Assembly: GCA_016861085.1 (NCBI GenBank)
Contig: BOKR01000001.1
Coordinates: 825,696 to 889,695, forward strand
Source of the DNA: Patescibacteria group bacterium
GTDB lineage: Bacteria; Patescibacteriota; Microgenomatia; UBA1400; PJMF01
Direction of reading: 5' to 3'
Length of the DNA stretch: 64,000 bases
The translations under genes and the position numbers were made by a program. The notes under the pieces are model-generated. The model ran no database searches, was not told the DNA's origin, and worked only from the letters and a program-made list of their open reading frames with translations. Position 1 is the stretch's first letter. Each line of letters starts with the position of its first letter. Positions 1 to 8,883 of the stretch are shown here, piece by piece.

Positions 1-1423
1 CACAGATGAATATGGTCTTGATTGGATTTTAGTCCAGGTAACTCCCACAACAACGATTCTGGGTACGATTAATGAAAACACAAGAGTAACTGCAGTACTC
101 ATTGCATTCTTTGTTGGCCTCTCAATAATTCTGGCCTTAATACTTTCGAGATATATTACTAAACCTTTAATTGAGCTTTCAAAAACTGCCATCGATTTTT
201 CAAGAGGAAATTTCAAAAAAAGAGCTAAAGTTAGCCATAAGGACGAAATTGGTGAACTTGCCTACAATTTTAACTACATGGCTCAACTATTAGAAAAAAA
301 TATTGAATCACTGGAAGAAAAAGAAGCATCTGCTAAAAACGAAAAAGAAAAAGTCGAAGCAATTCTCCATAGTATCAGTGATGGGATTATAGTGGTGAAC
401 GTTGATTTAAAAATTCTTCTAGTAAATGATGCAGCTGAAAAAATGACTGGATTCTCTGAACCAAAAATCGTTGGAATGAAATTTGATGAATATTTTAAGT
501 TCTACAAACATCCAACATCGCAAAAAGGGACGATTGATTACATCCTAAAAGCCATATCTTCTGGTAAAGTTCAATATATAAAAAATCACGGAGTCCTTAC
601 TACCAAATCTGGCAGATCTATTCCAATTAACGGATCAACTTCACCGCTCACAGATGAATCTGGATCTGTCACTGGCTGTGTGTTCGTTTTCAACGACATT
701 ACTGAGGAGTTAGAAATAGAACAGGTTAAGAATGACATTATTTCTATTGTTTCTCATCAACTCAGAACACCATTAACTTCTTTAAGGTGGTTGAGTGAAT
801 TACTCATCTCAACAAAATTTGGTAAATTGAATGCAAAACAGAACATCATGATCAAAGACATCAATCACGAAAGTATTTCACTTATCAACCTTGTCAGCAC
901 ATTCCTCGAAACGTCTAACTTTGAACTAGGAATTTTTGAACCAGAAATTGAAGAGATCAACATTCACGAACTGGTCCATGAAGTTCAAGGTCAAATTAAG
1001 TTTGAAGTTCAAGATAAAAAACTAGCAATAAAAAAGAATATTGATAAAAAGTTGACAAAGTATGAGACTGACAAAAATATGCTAAAAACTATTCTGTCTA
1101 ATCTAATGTTCAATGCAGTGAGATATTCAAATCCTAAGGGGAAAATTACTATTTCCATCCAAAAGGAGAAGGACGGATTATATCTAAGCGTTACTGATAC
1201 CGGAGTGGGAATACCAAAAGACCAACAAGAAAACGTGTTTCAAAAGTTGTTTAGAGCCCGCAATGCTCCAACAAAATCTCCAAGTGGTATGGGCCTTGGG
1301 TTATACCTAACCAAGTTGATTGTTGATCACATGGACGGAAAGATTTGGTTTGAATCTCAAGAGGAGAAAGGCACAACCTTTTATGTACAGCTGCCGGCAA
1401 AAATAACCAAGGAAATGGTATAA
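1..1423 (+). CDS. Sensor histidine kinase (TM-HAMP-PAS-HisKA-HATPase), 5' end truncated by window edge
   Basis: The frame is open from position 2, upstream of the listed Met, and encodes a TM helix plus a HAMP-like segment (ILALILSRYITKPLIELSKTA...DEIGELAYNFNYM). A PAS domain follows. H-box HQLRTPLTSL. N, G1 and G2 boxes (NLMFNAVRYS, DTGVGI, GMGLGL). Confidence 0.8.
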   Translation, partial: TDEYGLDWILVQVTPTTTILGTINENTRVTAVLIAFFVGLSIILALILSRYITKPLIELSKTAIDFSRGNFKKRAKVSHKDEIGELAYNFNYMAQLLEKNIESLEEKEASAKNEKEKVEAILHSISDGIIVVNVDLKILLVNDAAEKMTGFSEPKIVGMKFDEYFKFYKHPTSQKGTIDYILKAISSGKVQYIKNHGVLTTKSGRSIPINGSTSPLTDESGSVTGCVFVFNDITEELEIEQVKNDIISIVSHQLRTPLTSLRWLSELLISTKFGKLNAKQNIMIKDINHESISLINLVSTFLETSNFELGIFEPEIEEINIHELVHEVQGQIKFEVQDKKLAIKKNIDKKLTKYETDKNMLKTILSNLMFNAVRYSNPKGKITISIQKEKDGLYLSVTDTGVGIPKDQQENVFQKLFRARNAPTKSPSGMGLGLYLTKLIVDHMDGKIWFESQEEKGTTFYVQLPAKITKEMV

Positions 1424-1445
1424 TTCTTTTCGTATGTTTTTTAGT

Positions 1446-1533
1446 GGAGGGATCGCATAGTGGCCTAGTGCAACAGTTTACTAAACTGTCGTTTCACAAG
1501 AAACCGAGGGTTCGAATCCCTCTCCCTCCGCCA
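1446..1533 (+). tRNA. Type II (long variable arm) tRNA, Ser-like; anticodon loop TTACTAA reads as ACU (unusual A34); CCA encoded
   Basis: Manual fold: acceptor GGAGGGA/TCCCTCC, T-arm GAGGG-TTCGAAT-CCCTC, anticodon stem ACAGT/ACTGT, long variable arm, 3' GCCA. Confidence 0.75.
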
Positions 1534-1699
1534 AACACCCTTGGTTGCTCCAAGACCCATCACCCATGCTCAAATGGGTTGATGTATCTTCGTTAATTTT
1601 CCATAAAAAGCATGAGGATCGCAAAAGAGGCCTGTAAGCTAGAAAATTGCCCAAAAACGTTCATAAGGAAAAGTTGTTGGTTCTAAGGTTTTGGAATTA

Positions 1700-2371
1700 T
1701 TACTCTATTGTTTCGATTGAATAAATATCGAGAACAGCCCAATTACCAATTTCAATGCACTTTTTGGCAATACATTGCTGATTAGAATAGACAAAATCAC
1801 CCGAAACTAATACGGGCTTACCTATTAAGGATTCAAGTTCTCTTGGACTCGTGCCTATCATCACTTCGATATTTCTGTTCACTTCAGTTCGGCAGTTAGT
1901 AGTTCCAGACATTTGATCGCAAATATACACAGAATTTTTATCCCCTTTTGAGTCATACACAAGACTATACTTATCATTCCTCTTTGTAATAACGTAAGTT
2001 GCTTCTGGATCATCAAATGGAAAGAAATTTGGTGGCTGTTCGTGTGTAAGTGACCAACCAATATAACCAATAAAACAAATCATGCATATAGAGATAGTTA
2101 TCATTAAACCGTGATAAATTTTCTGACTTATTTTTCTGGTTGAAAAAAGAGTTGTGTTTTTATGTAAAATTTTGACCACTTTTAGTAACACATGGATTGT
2201 TGCTCCTAAGGCAACGAGTAACAAAATAGTTAAAGGGAGAGGCCAAATTGGTTGCCATGAAGAAAATCCCCAAGTTAACCTAGAAAGTATTAAAAAACCA
2301 ATAAAAAAAGTAATAACAATAGCACCGATCAGTAAAAGCAAAAAACTTAAGAAATTGAGAAATCTAGTCAT
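1700..2371 (-). CDS. Hypothetical membrane protein (N-terminal TM helices)
   Basis: Long ORF with hydrophobic N-terminus. No recognisable motif. Confidence 0.4.
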   Translation of the reverse strand: MTRFLNFLSFLLLLIGAIVITFFIGFLILSRLTWGFSSWQPIWPLPLTILLLVALGATIHVLLKVVKILHKNTTLFSTRKISQKIYHGLMITISICMICFIGYIGWSLTHEQPPNFFPFDDPEATYVITKRNDKYSLVYDSKGDKNSVYICDQMSGTTNCRTEVNRNIEVMIGTSPRELESLIGKPVLVSGDFVYSNQQCIAKKCIEIGNWAVLDIYSIETIE

Positions 2372-2395
2372 AACTTATTTGCATTTCTATTTTTC

Positions 2396-3034
2396 TTAAT
2401 CTTCATATTTGAAACTGAAGGTAGATAAAATTTGTTGAGTAATATTTTTGTTTTCTTCATTTGGAGGTGTAGTTGAAACAGAAAAAAGCTTATCATCCTT
2501 CAAGATGATTGTAATGTAACGAGTCTTTGGTCCAGTAATGAATCCCTCAACACCTTTGTAACCGTTTATACTTACTTCTTTGACGGTAGTTGGATCCATT
2601 TCAGTTTTGGCTCGTTCGAGATCTGCCTCAGTTGCATCTTTGTAATTCTCATATAAGCCATATAGTTGGTATTCAGGATTTTGCTCTGAGCCTTTGGTTA
2701 AGAAAAAGCCTGCAGTACGAATATTTCCAGCGTTGTCTGCTATTTCTTTGCGATATACCAAACCTGCTGGATATTGAAAACTTAATCCAATTTCTTCAAT
2801 GGTTTCTTGTTGAAGATTTTGTTGATTGGCAATTAATCTGGTGAAACTTTTTCCATCTGGTGTTCTGCACTGTTCAGGATAACTTTCAAGAATTGGATAA
2901 CCTGCTTGAGCACATTCTTCAAAAGAATTTATTTGTTCAACTGTGCTTTTTTGTTGGTACTTCCAAACTCCTAAACCAACTAACAAAAGAACTATGAAAA
3001 AAACCACTAGCTTCCTATTTGGGGACATTATCAT
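2396..3034 (-). CDS. Hypothetical secreted/membrane-anchored protein
   Basis: N-terminal signal/anchor (KLVVFFIVLLLVGLGVW). No known motif. Confidence 0.4.
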   Translation of the reverse strand: MIMSPNRKLVVFFIVLLLVGLGVWKYQQKSTVEQINSFEECAQAGYPILESYPEQCRTPDGKSFTRLIANQQNLQQETIEEIGLSFQYPAGLVYRKEIADNAGNIRTAGFFLTKGSEQNPEYQLYGLYENYKDATEADLERAKTEMDPTTVKEVSINGYKGVEGFITGPKTRYITIILKDDKLFSVSTTPPNEENKNITQQILSTFSFKYED

Positions 3035-3050
3035 GATTCTATTGTAGCAA

Positions 3051-4358
3051 TTAACTAATGAGCTGTAACTGCCGATCTCTTAATTCAAATTTTGATTTAA
3101 TCCCACCCAATATTTTCAATCTCTCTTCAGGAGTTCCGTACTGAAGAACATGAAGTAAATACTCTCGAATGATGTCTGTTTGCGAGCTAGATACCTTATC
3201 AGTATTATCAGCTCCAGTATTATGCTGTGTTAGTTCAAACCTTGGCGTAAATTTATCTATCACAGTAGCTTTTAGATGCTGAAGTCGTTTGACCTCAGTC
3301 TCAAATTCTGCCATCAAATATTTTGTGTTGAGCTTGATTGCAGGCAGATGACCAATCAGTTGTTTAATCAACTCTTCTTCTGTAATGTATGGTTCTTTGC
3401 AATCATATTTTTTGATGCGATTACAGTGATAGTAAATGTGAGTATTCACTTGGTTTGCTTTTGTTCTTCGATACTTAATCTCAGCTGTCACGCTTCCACC
3501 GCATGATCCGCACTTACAAATCTTTTTGAATGGAAATAGTTGCTTGTTCCATTGCTTGGGAGCGACTTGTAGCTGAATCTGCACCTTTTCAAATAATGTC
3601 TTGCTAATCAGAGGTTTATGCGTTCCCTTGTACCATTTGTCACCATATTGAAATTCACCATAATAGAATGGATTCTGCAAAGCTACATAGACTTTACTCA
3701 GTGGCATCCGACAGCCACTTTTAGTTCGAAAATCAATGTCGTCAAGCCACTTTTTAACCATTCTGCCTGAGTAACCTTGGTACGCAACTTTTTCAAATAT
3801 TTCTTTGATGATCGGTGCTCGCTGTGGGTCTTGTTCAACTGTTGAGATGCGGTTAGCTTTCAACACATTGGTGTAACCAATTGGAGCAAGTCCTGGTCTG
3901 ATGCCAAACTCACATTTATTTCTTAATCCTCGTTTTACATTCACTCCTCGATTATCATTCTCTAGCTTTGCCTGACTACATAAAATCATGAGGAGGAATT
4001 TTTCGTTAGGATTGTTGGTGAATGATTGCGAATAGGTTTTGATTTGGATGAGCTTTCCTTGATCCATTAAATCAACTATTCTTCCTAGATCTCCAGCATT
4101 ACGACTCAGACGGTCGGGTGCCCAAGTCAAAATGGCGTTGAATTTTCCTTCGTATAGTTTACTGAGCAGAATGTTGAACTCTGGTCGCTGTCCAGACTCT
4201 TTGGCTGAGTGACTTTCAGTAATTGTTTCAACCACATTTATTTTTTCTCGCTTGGCAATTTTGAGCATTTCACTAATTTGCCCATCAATACTCATCGCTT
4301 GGCGTTCATCAGATTCACTCGATTTTCTGGCATATAGACAGTAGCGAATATCAGTCAT
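3051..4358 (-). CDS. Large serine recombinase (integrase/resolvase family)
   Basis: N-terminal resolvase catalytic region YARKSSESDERQ...DGQ and DRLSRN motif. C-terminal recombinase and Cys-rich zinc ribbon (CKCGSCGG...CN). Located 1.5 kb from a tRNA. Confidence 0.85.
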   Translation of the reverse strand: MTDIRYCLYARKSSESDERQAMSIDGQISEMLKIAKREKINVVETITESHSAKESGQRPEFNILLSKLYEGKFNAILTWAPDRLSRNAGDLGRIVDLMDQGKLIQIKTYSQSFTNNPNEKFLLMILCSQAKLENDNRGVNVKRGLRNKCEFGIRPGLAPIGYTNVLKANRISTVEQDPQRAPIIKEIFEKVAYQGYSGRMVKKWLDDIDFRTKSGCRMPLSKVYVALQNPFYYGEFQYGDKWYKGTHKPLISKTLFEKVQIQLQVAPKQWNKQLFPFKKICKCGSCGGSVTAEIKYRRTKANQVNTHIYYHCNRIKKYDCKEPYITEEELIKQLIGHLPAIKLNTKYLMAEFETEVKRLQHLKATVIDKFTPRFELTQHNTGADNTDKVSSSQTDIIREYLLHVLQYGTPEERLKILGGIKSKFELRDRQLQLIS

Positions 4359-4593
4359 TGTTTTCTCCTTTCTCGTTAAATAATTGGTGTAGTCTTTTTA
4401 CCGCCCAGCTAAGTTCATCAATGTATTTGTCTTGTCCAGTTTTTTCGTAAAACCTGACGGCAAATATGCATTGATCGAGAATCTTGATGGCTTTTTGAAG
4501 TTTGTCGTCTGGTATTTGATCTTTCATCAAGGACACAAGGTACCGCGATTTTCTGGTAAGTCTAGCTGTGGAATCGAGGTTGTTTGACATCAT
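4351..4593 (-). CDS. Hypothetical small protein (80 aa)
   Basis: ORF overlapping the recombinase start by 8 nt. Its 5' region is duplicated about 195 bp upstream. Confidence 0.35.
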   Translation of the reverse strand: MMSNNLDSTARLTRKSRYLVSLMKDQIPDDKLQKAIKILDQCIFAVRFYEKTGQDKYIDELSWAVKRLHQLFNEKGENND

Positions 4594-4798
4594 TTGCCGA
4601 CCTCATTTTTAAGTCGTTTGCTGTGCTGGAAAAATTTATCAATGTATCGCTTATCTCCAGTGATGAGATAGTGATAAAAGTAGTATTCACACCGTTTAAT
4701 GAGTTTGAGCAGTTTGGTCTTGTCCATACAGCGACAAGGTACCGCGAAGAATTGGAAAGTCTAGCCAGGGAAATGTGAAGATTGGGATAATGCCTCAA
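4562..4798 (-). pseudogene. Degenerate partial duplicate of the 4351-4593 gene (shares 5' segment ...ARL(T/S)xxSRYLV and an internal GTCTTGTCCA block)
   Basis: A roughly 35 bp direct repeat ACAAGGTACCGCGA...TGGnAAGTCTAGC at about 4545 and about 4738. The second copy lacks the rest of the gene. Confidence 0.35.
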
Positions 4799-5888
4799 AT
4801 AGCTGAATGAGTTGATCTATACTCACTTCCTTTAAATCCCACTTTGCCACAATGCCATAACCTGTACCAGTTGGTAGGTGTTTAGTTTCAATCCCGAGCA
4901 CCTCTTGAATAGCAGTAGTTACTTGCCCTAATCTATCTGGGTTATTGCACCAGAAGTCTAGAGTTTTTCCAGCTATGCCACCATTCACGCCAATCGTTAC
5001 AGTCAGTGCATTTTTCTCTTGGTCAGAGTAGGTGAAGTAAAAGTTAATGTTTTTGGGAGTTTTTCGACTCGATAATCCCTGAATGGATATGCCCCTTGCG
5101 GATATGTCAGTACTCAGTTGCATGATACTTTGCACAATCGGTTGCACTGGCTGTTCAAAGGCTTGGATAAATTCTTCGTCAGAAATAACCGTCGAACTCA
5201 CTCGCTTGCTACCCACATCTTTTTTGACTTGAGCACCATAGATCTTAGGGATCAGGATTTCAAAGCTATCATGTTGGTAATACTCCAACTCCACACCGTA
5301 GATATCGAACTTGCTGTTTTGGTTCATGTAGACGATTAAATCTTTGAGCCTGTCTTCCATGCTGTCCATCAGCACTACGAACTTGAAGTTGCCTTCATCT
5401 AGGTTAAGCTTCATTTGCTCTAGTACAGTCTGTAATCGCTCATCATCAATGCCAAAGAAGGTTTTAATCTTTTCAGTCGCTGACATACCAAATTTCTTTT
5501 GTACATGACCGTTGAGCTGGAGGAGGAAGTCATCAAAGTCGTTGAGGCTTTTCCAAAGTGATGCACCGTAATCTAATACCTGAGCAACCACCGTTCGTTT
5601 GTCGGGATTTTTATACAACTTGGTTTCTACCAAATAGAGCTGACCATCGCCATCAATGCCAACTGCATCGATTGGTCCACTCGTTGTCCCAAACTCCCGA
5701 GCCAAAATCAGTAAGCGAATATCATCTTTAATGTCATACAAAGGAATGCTTTCTGGGTTATCGTAGATGTAAGCTTGCAATTTGTTCTCTAAACCGAAGC
5801 TAATCTTATCTAATTTAGTGGCGTTTCTCCCGTTTTGGGACACAATTATTGGCATATTCCTGACTAAATGATAAGCCAGAGTTAGCAT
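4761..5888 (-). CDS. PD-(D/E)xK nuclease-like hypothetical protein
   Basis: N-terminal region IDAVGIDGDGQLYLVETKLYK fits D...(D/E)xK restriction-endonuclease-like motif spacing. The C-terminal 250 aa are unassigned. Confidence 0.35.
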   Translation of the reverse strand: MLTLAYHLVRNMPIIVSQNGRNATKLDKISFGLENKLQAYIYDNPESIPLYDIKDDIRLLILAREFGTTSGPIDAVGIDGDGQLYLVETKLYKNPDKRTVVAQVLDYGASLWKSLNDFDDFLLQLNGHVQKKFGMSATEKIKTFFGIDDERLQTVLEQMKLNLDEGNFKFVVLMDSMEDRLKDLIVYMNQNSKFDIYGVELEYYQHDSFEILIPKIYGAQVKKDVGSKRVSSTVISDEEFIQAFEQPVQPIVQSIMQLSTDISARGISIQGLSSRKTPKNINFYFTYSDQEKNALTVTIGVNGGIAGKTLDFWCNNPDRLGQVTTAIQEVLGIETKHLPTGTGYGIVAKWDLKEVSIDQLIQLFEALSQSSHFPG

Positions 5889-5967
5889 AAAAGCAAGCTC
5901 AATACCAGAGGAAATTGCTAACTCTCACTAAGTGGAGTGAAACGCCTTTTCACTAAACAATTAGGGC

Positions 5968-6180
5968 ATGAGAAAAAATGCCAAACTGCCCAAAGTGCTT
6001 GGCAAAAAAGTTCAGCAAGCTCGGAAGAAAACTGGTTTATCACAGGAAGCAGTTGCTTTTAAAGTAGGTGTCAGTCGTGCCTACATGGGTTACATAGAGC
6101 AAGGACGTAACGTCCCCTCGCTGGAAGTGCTCCAGAAAATTGCTAAGGTACTGAAGGTGAAGCTTAGCGACCTCGTTTAG
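5968..6180 (+). CDS. XRE-family HTH transcriptional regulator
   Basis: HTH_3 signature (GLSQEAVAFKVGVSRAYMGYIEQGRNVPSLEVLQKIAKVL). Confidence 0.8.
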   Translation: MRKNAKLPKVLGKKVQQARKKTGLSQEAVAFKVGVSRAYMGYIEQGRNVPSLEVLQKIAKVLKVKLSDLV

Positions 6181-7753
6181 TAGTAAAACCATGAGGATCA
6201 TTCTTAAGTGTTCGTAAATTCATTTTTTGAGGAAAAGAGCCACGCTCCCACTGATTACTATTTTTAACTATCACAACCTTGGGCTGATGAGGGTCATACG
6301 GAGTACTCTGTTCATGCACCAACCTCTGTACCTGCATTACCAACATGGTATAAGCATCAACTAGGTCGTCATGTTTTTCCCTCCCAAAGCCTGTTAACTG
6401 GTTAAGTAATGTCTCTACACCAACTCTTGGAAAGTGGATCTGTCCCTGCTGATGCCACATGACTGTAAGTGAAAGCCGTTCCCTTTTACTCATGCCTTTG
6501 ACACTGAATGGTGACACGATAATTGTGCCTCTGCTTTGAAGTTCCTGAGAAAAGATCCTCTGAAAGCCAGTGTCTTCTACATATATGAATGGGCGGGGAT
6601 TTTGCTGGAGGCCAATACTCTCTAAAGTGCTACAGATCTCATGAAACGTCATTCGCTTATTAATGAGATACGGCAGAATGAAAATGTGAAATACATCATT
6701 TACCTTATACACGTCAGCCTGTGCAATTGCAGTAAAGTCTGCCGTGTCTTCTTGCGAGATTGCAAGATCAGCCGCCACTAGCCGATACTGAAAATATGGC
6801 TTCCAAGCTGGGTTGACCTCGTCATAAAAATGAATGTTTTCAAAGGTGTAGTAGAGGTCGTAGTCCGCCACAATTCTAAGCTCATATTCTCTAAGCCAAA
6901 TTATTTCGTCGGCAATCAGTGCCTTCAGCCTGTACACGTCGTCAAGCGTTGGAAACTTTTCAGGCCACTGGATTTTTTTATCCTCAGTAACGAGTGGTAC
7001 GAACAGAGCCTTACCCAGTATCTTTCCTTCGTTAATGTCTGTCTTTAATTTGCTCAGCAAGCCATTGGGATGGAGATAATTACCAACCATCACAATTTGA
7101 GTACCAAGATCACCAAGCGGAGCAATTTCACTACTATACAACTCTTGAGTGCGCCTGCGACCTTCTTCTGTCTTAACCGACTGACTGTCCTCAATGTCGT
7201 CACAAATAATGAGATCTGGTCGATGTTGTTTGTACCGCAAACCACGAATGCTTTGGTCTATAGAGATAGCCACAATCATTGCTCCCTGCTTGGGTAGTTC
7301 AATGGCTTGGGCATTCCACAAATTATCCACTTCCTTGAAAGGTCCGAGATCTTCCTTAAGCAGTTGGTTAGTTGTCAGCTCACTTTTAATGTTTTTTAGA
7401 TGCGTCCGAGCTAAGTCTGCTGTTTGACTCACGATCACAATGAGCTTTTTTTCAGGTTTGCCAAACAAGGCATACAGCGGATAAATAGTAGTCATAATCG
7501 TACTTTTACCAGACCCACGAAACATGATGGCAATAAGCAGTTGTAATTCTCGCTGAGATGTCAGATTGAACAGATCGTAATGAAACTGTGCAAAGTTGTG
7601 CGTAAAGTAGTGCGAGAAGTATATAGACGCAAACCACAAAGAGCTTTGTTTAGCTAAACTGACTCTGACATTTTTGTCAGCGATGATCGATTGAATTTCT
7701 TCTGGTTTCAGTTTAAGGTTGGCCGTCATCATGCTCCTTTCTATTCGGGTCAA
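6164..7753 (-). CDS. Phage terminase large subunit (ATPase + RNaseH-like nuclease)
   Basis: Walker A FRGSGKST, Walker B DLIICDDIED, and C-terminal nuclease acidic motifs (AADLAISQEDTADF, YVEDTGFQ, HDDLVDAYTM). Confidence 0.75.
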   Translation of the reverse strand: MTRIERSMMTANLKLKPEEIQSIIADKNVRVSLAKQSSLWFASIYFSHYFTHNFAQFHYDLFNLTSQRELQLLIAIMFRGSGKSTIMTTIYPLYALFGKPEKKLIVIVSQTADLARTHLKNIKSELTTNQLLKEDLGPFKEVDNLWNAQAIELPKQGAMIVAISIDQSIRGLRYKQHRPDLIICDDIEDSQSVKTEEGRRRTQELYSSEIAPLGDLGTQIVMVGNYLHPNGLLSKLKTDINEGKILGKALFVPLVTEDKKIQWPEKFPTLDDVYRLKALIADEIIWLREYELRIVADYDLYYTFENIHFYDEVNPAWKPYFQYRLVAADLAISQEDTADFTAIAQADVYKVNDVFHIFILPYLINKRMTFHEICSTLESIGLQQNPRPFIYVEDTGFQRIFSQELQSRGTIIVSPFSVKGMSKRERLSLTVMWHQQGQIHFPRVGVETLLNQLTGFGREKHDDLVDAYTMLVMQVQRLVHEQSTPYDPHQPKVVIVKNSNQWERGSFPQKMNLRTLKNDPHGFTTKRGR

Positions 7754-8141
7754 TTAAAAGTGATGCATGCTCCAGAGCTTTTTTGATCAATGCTTCCTGC
7801 TCTGAAGTGAGTACCTCATCCTGCACCTTGGTAGTGATCTCCAGTTTAGTACTGTAGGCAGAGTGTCTGTGGTTCAACCAGTAAAAAATTGCGGAGATAT
7901 TACGATCTTTAATAGCAGATAAAAGCTGAGATTCAGTGAGATCATTAATTAGTGCAACTCCCTCCGCTAAGGCTTTATCAGCTTGCTTGGCATACTCTGG
8001 GCTTTCATCCCTCCAGCGGTAGTAGGTCGAACGAGCTATGCCTAACTTTTCACAGCACACCTGTACTACTGGTGTCTTTTGGAGTTGTTCCAGCATGAGC
8101 TGACGGTTAATAGCCGTGCGGTCTTGTAGGTCTTTATTCAT
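7713..8141 (-). CDS. Terminase small subunit-like HTH protein
   Basis: HTH (CEKLGIARSTYYRWRDESPEY) typical of phage TerS/HTH_23. It sits immediately upstream of and overlaps TerL. Confidence 0.5.
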   Translation of the reverse strand: MNKDLQDRTAINRQLMLEQLQKTPVVQVCCEKLGIARSTYYRWRDESPEYAKQADKALAEGVALINDLTESQLLSAIKDRNISAIFYWLNHRHSAYSTKLEITTKVQDEVLTSEQEALIKKALEHASLLIDPNRKEHDDGQP

Positions 8142-8883
8142 GGGACTCCTTTCTTACCGTAGCTTTTTGCCCGGTTAAACGCTCCCATCGGTCAACTGCA
8201 ACTTGGCAGTATTCGGGCATGAGCTCGATGCCGATGCATTTGCGAAGTGTCTGTTGACTGGCTAACAAGGTCGTGCCACTGCCCAAGAATGGGTCGTAGA
8301 CTGTGTCGCCAACCTCAGTACTGTTGAGGATGAGTCGCCGAATGAGGGTGACTGGTTTTTGGGTGGCATGCCATTTACTTTTCTGTGGCTTGGGAGCAAA
8401 CAACACTGATTTGTCTTTGGCTTTGTGGAATTTATGAGTGCCATACCAGCCATAAAGGCAAAGTTCATGCATGGGTAAGTAATCTAGCCTACCGATAACT
8501 GGCTGAGATTTGACCCAGACCAACATCTGCGACACCTTAAACCCAGATTGCAACATGCCCTGTCGCAGAGCAAAGACCATCTTATCTGAGTTCCAGATAT
8601 AAGCCGAGTTTTTCTTGGCTAAAAATGGCTTGATTGCCTCTAGCCAGTCTTGTGTGAATTTGGCATACTCCTGATCAGATTGCAGGTGATCATTAGCAAG
8701 TGACTTGTGCTTGGTTGGATTAAGTGACGAATCAGCAATTGCGATGCCATATGGAGGATCAACTTGAAGGGATGCGATAGTGGTATCGCCAATCACTTTT
8801 TTGACAAACTCCTTGTCGGTACTACTTCCACAGGCGAGGACATGCTCGCCGAGTTGTAAAATCATGCCTGGTCTTATTTGCAT
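8134..8883 (-). CDS. DNA methyltransferase (N6-adenine/N4-cytosine, beta class), orphan
   Basis: Motif IV DPPYG followed by motif I DPFLGSGTT. No adjacent restriction gene. Confidence 0.8.
   Translation of the reverse strand: MQIRPGMILQLGEHVLACGSSTDKEFVKKVIGDTTIASLQVDPPYGIAIADSSLNPTKHKSLANDHLQSDQEYAKFTQDWLEAIKPFLAKKNSAYIWNSDKMVFALRQGMLQSGFKVSQMLVWVKSQPVIGRLDYLPMHELCLYGWYGTHKFHKAKDKSVLFAPKPQKSKWHATQKPVTLIRRLILNSTEVGDTVYDPFLGSGTTLLASQQTLRKCIGIELMPEYCQVAVDRWERLTGQKATVRKESHE

Noticed and set aside
278-1423. Tool start (Met at 278) for the histidine kinase
   Set aside because: The frame is open to position 2 and encodes a TM helix plus HAMP segment. The gene starts upstream of the window.
2154-2399. 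Numerous 60-130 aa ORFs antisense to or overlapping long genes (e.g. 2154-2399, 5118-5339, 6830-7427, 28402-28680, 33130-33547, 48768-49340)
   Set aside because: They lie fully within better-supported CDSs on the opposite strand or in another frame. No motifs.
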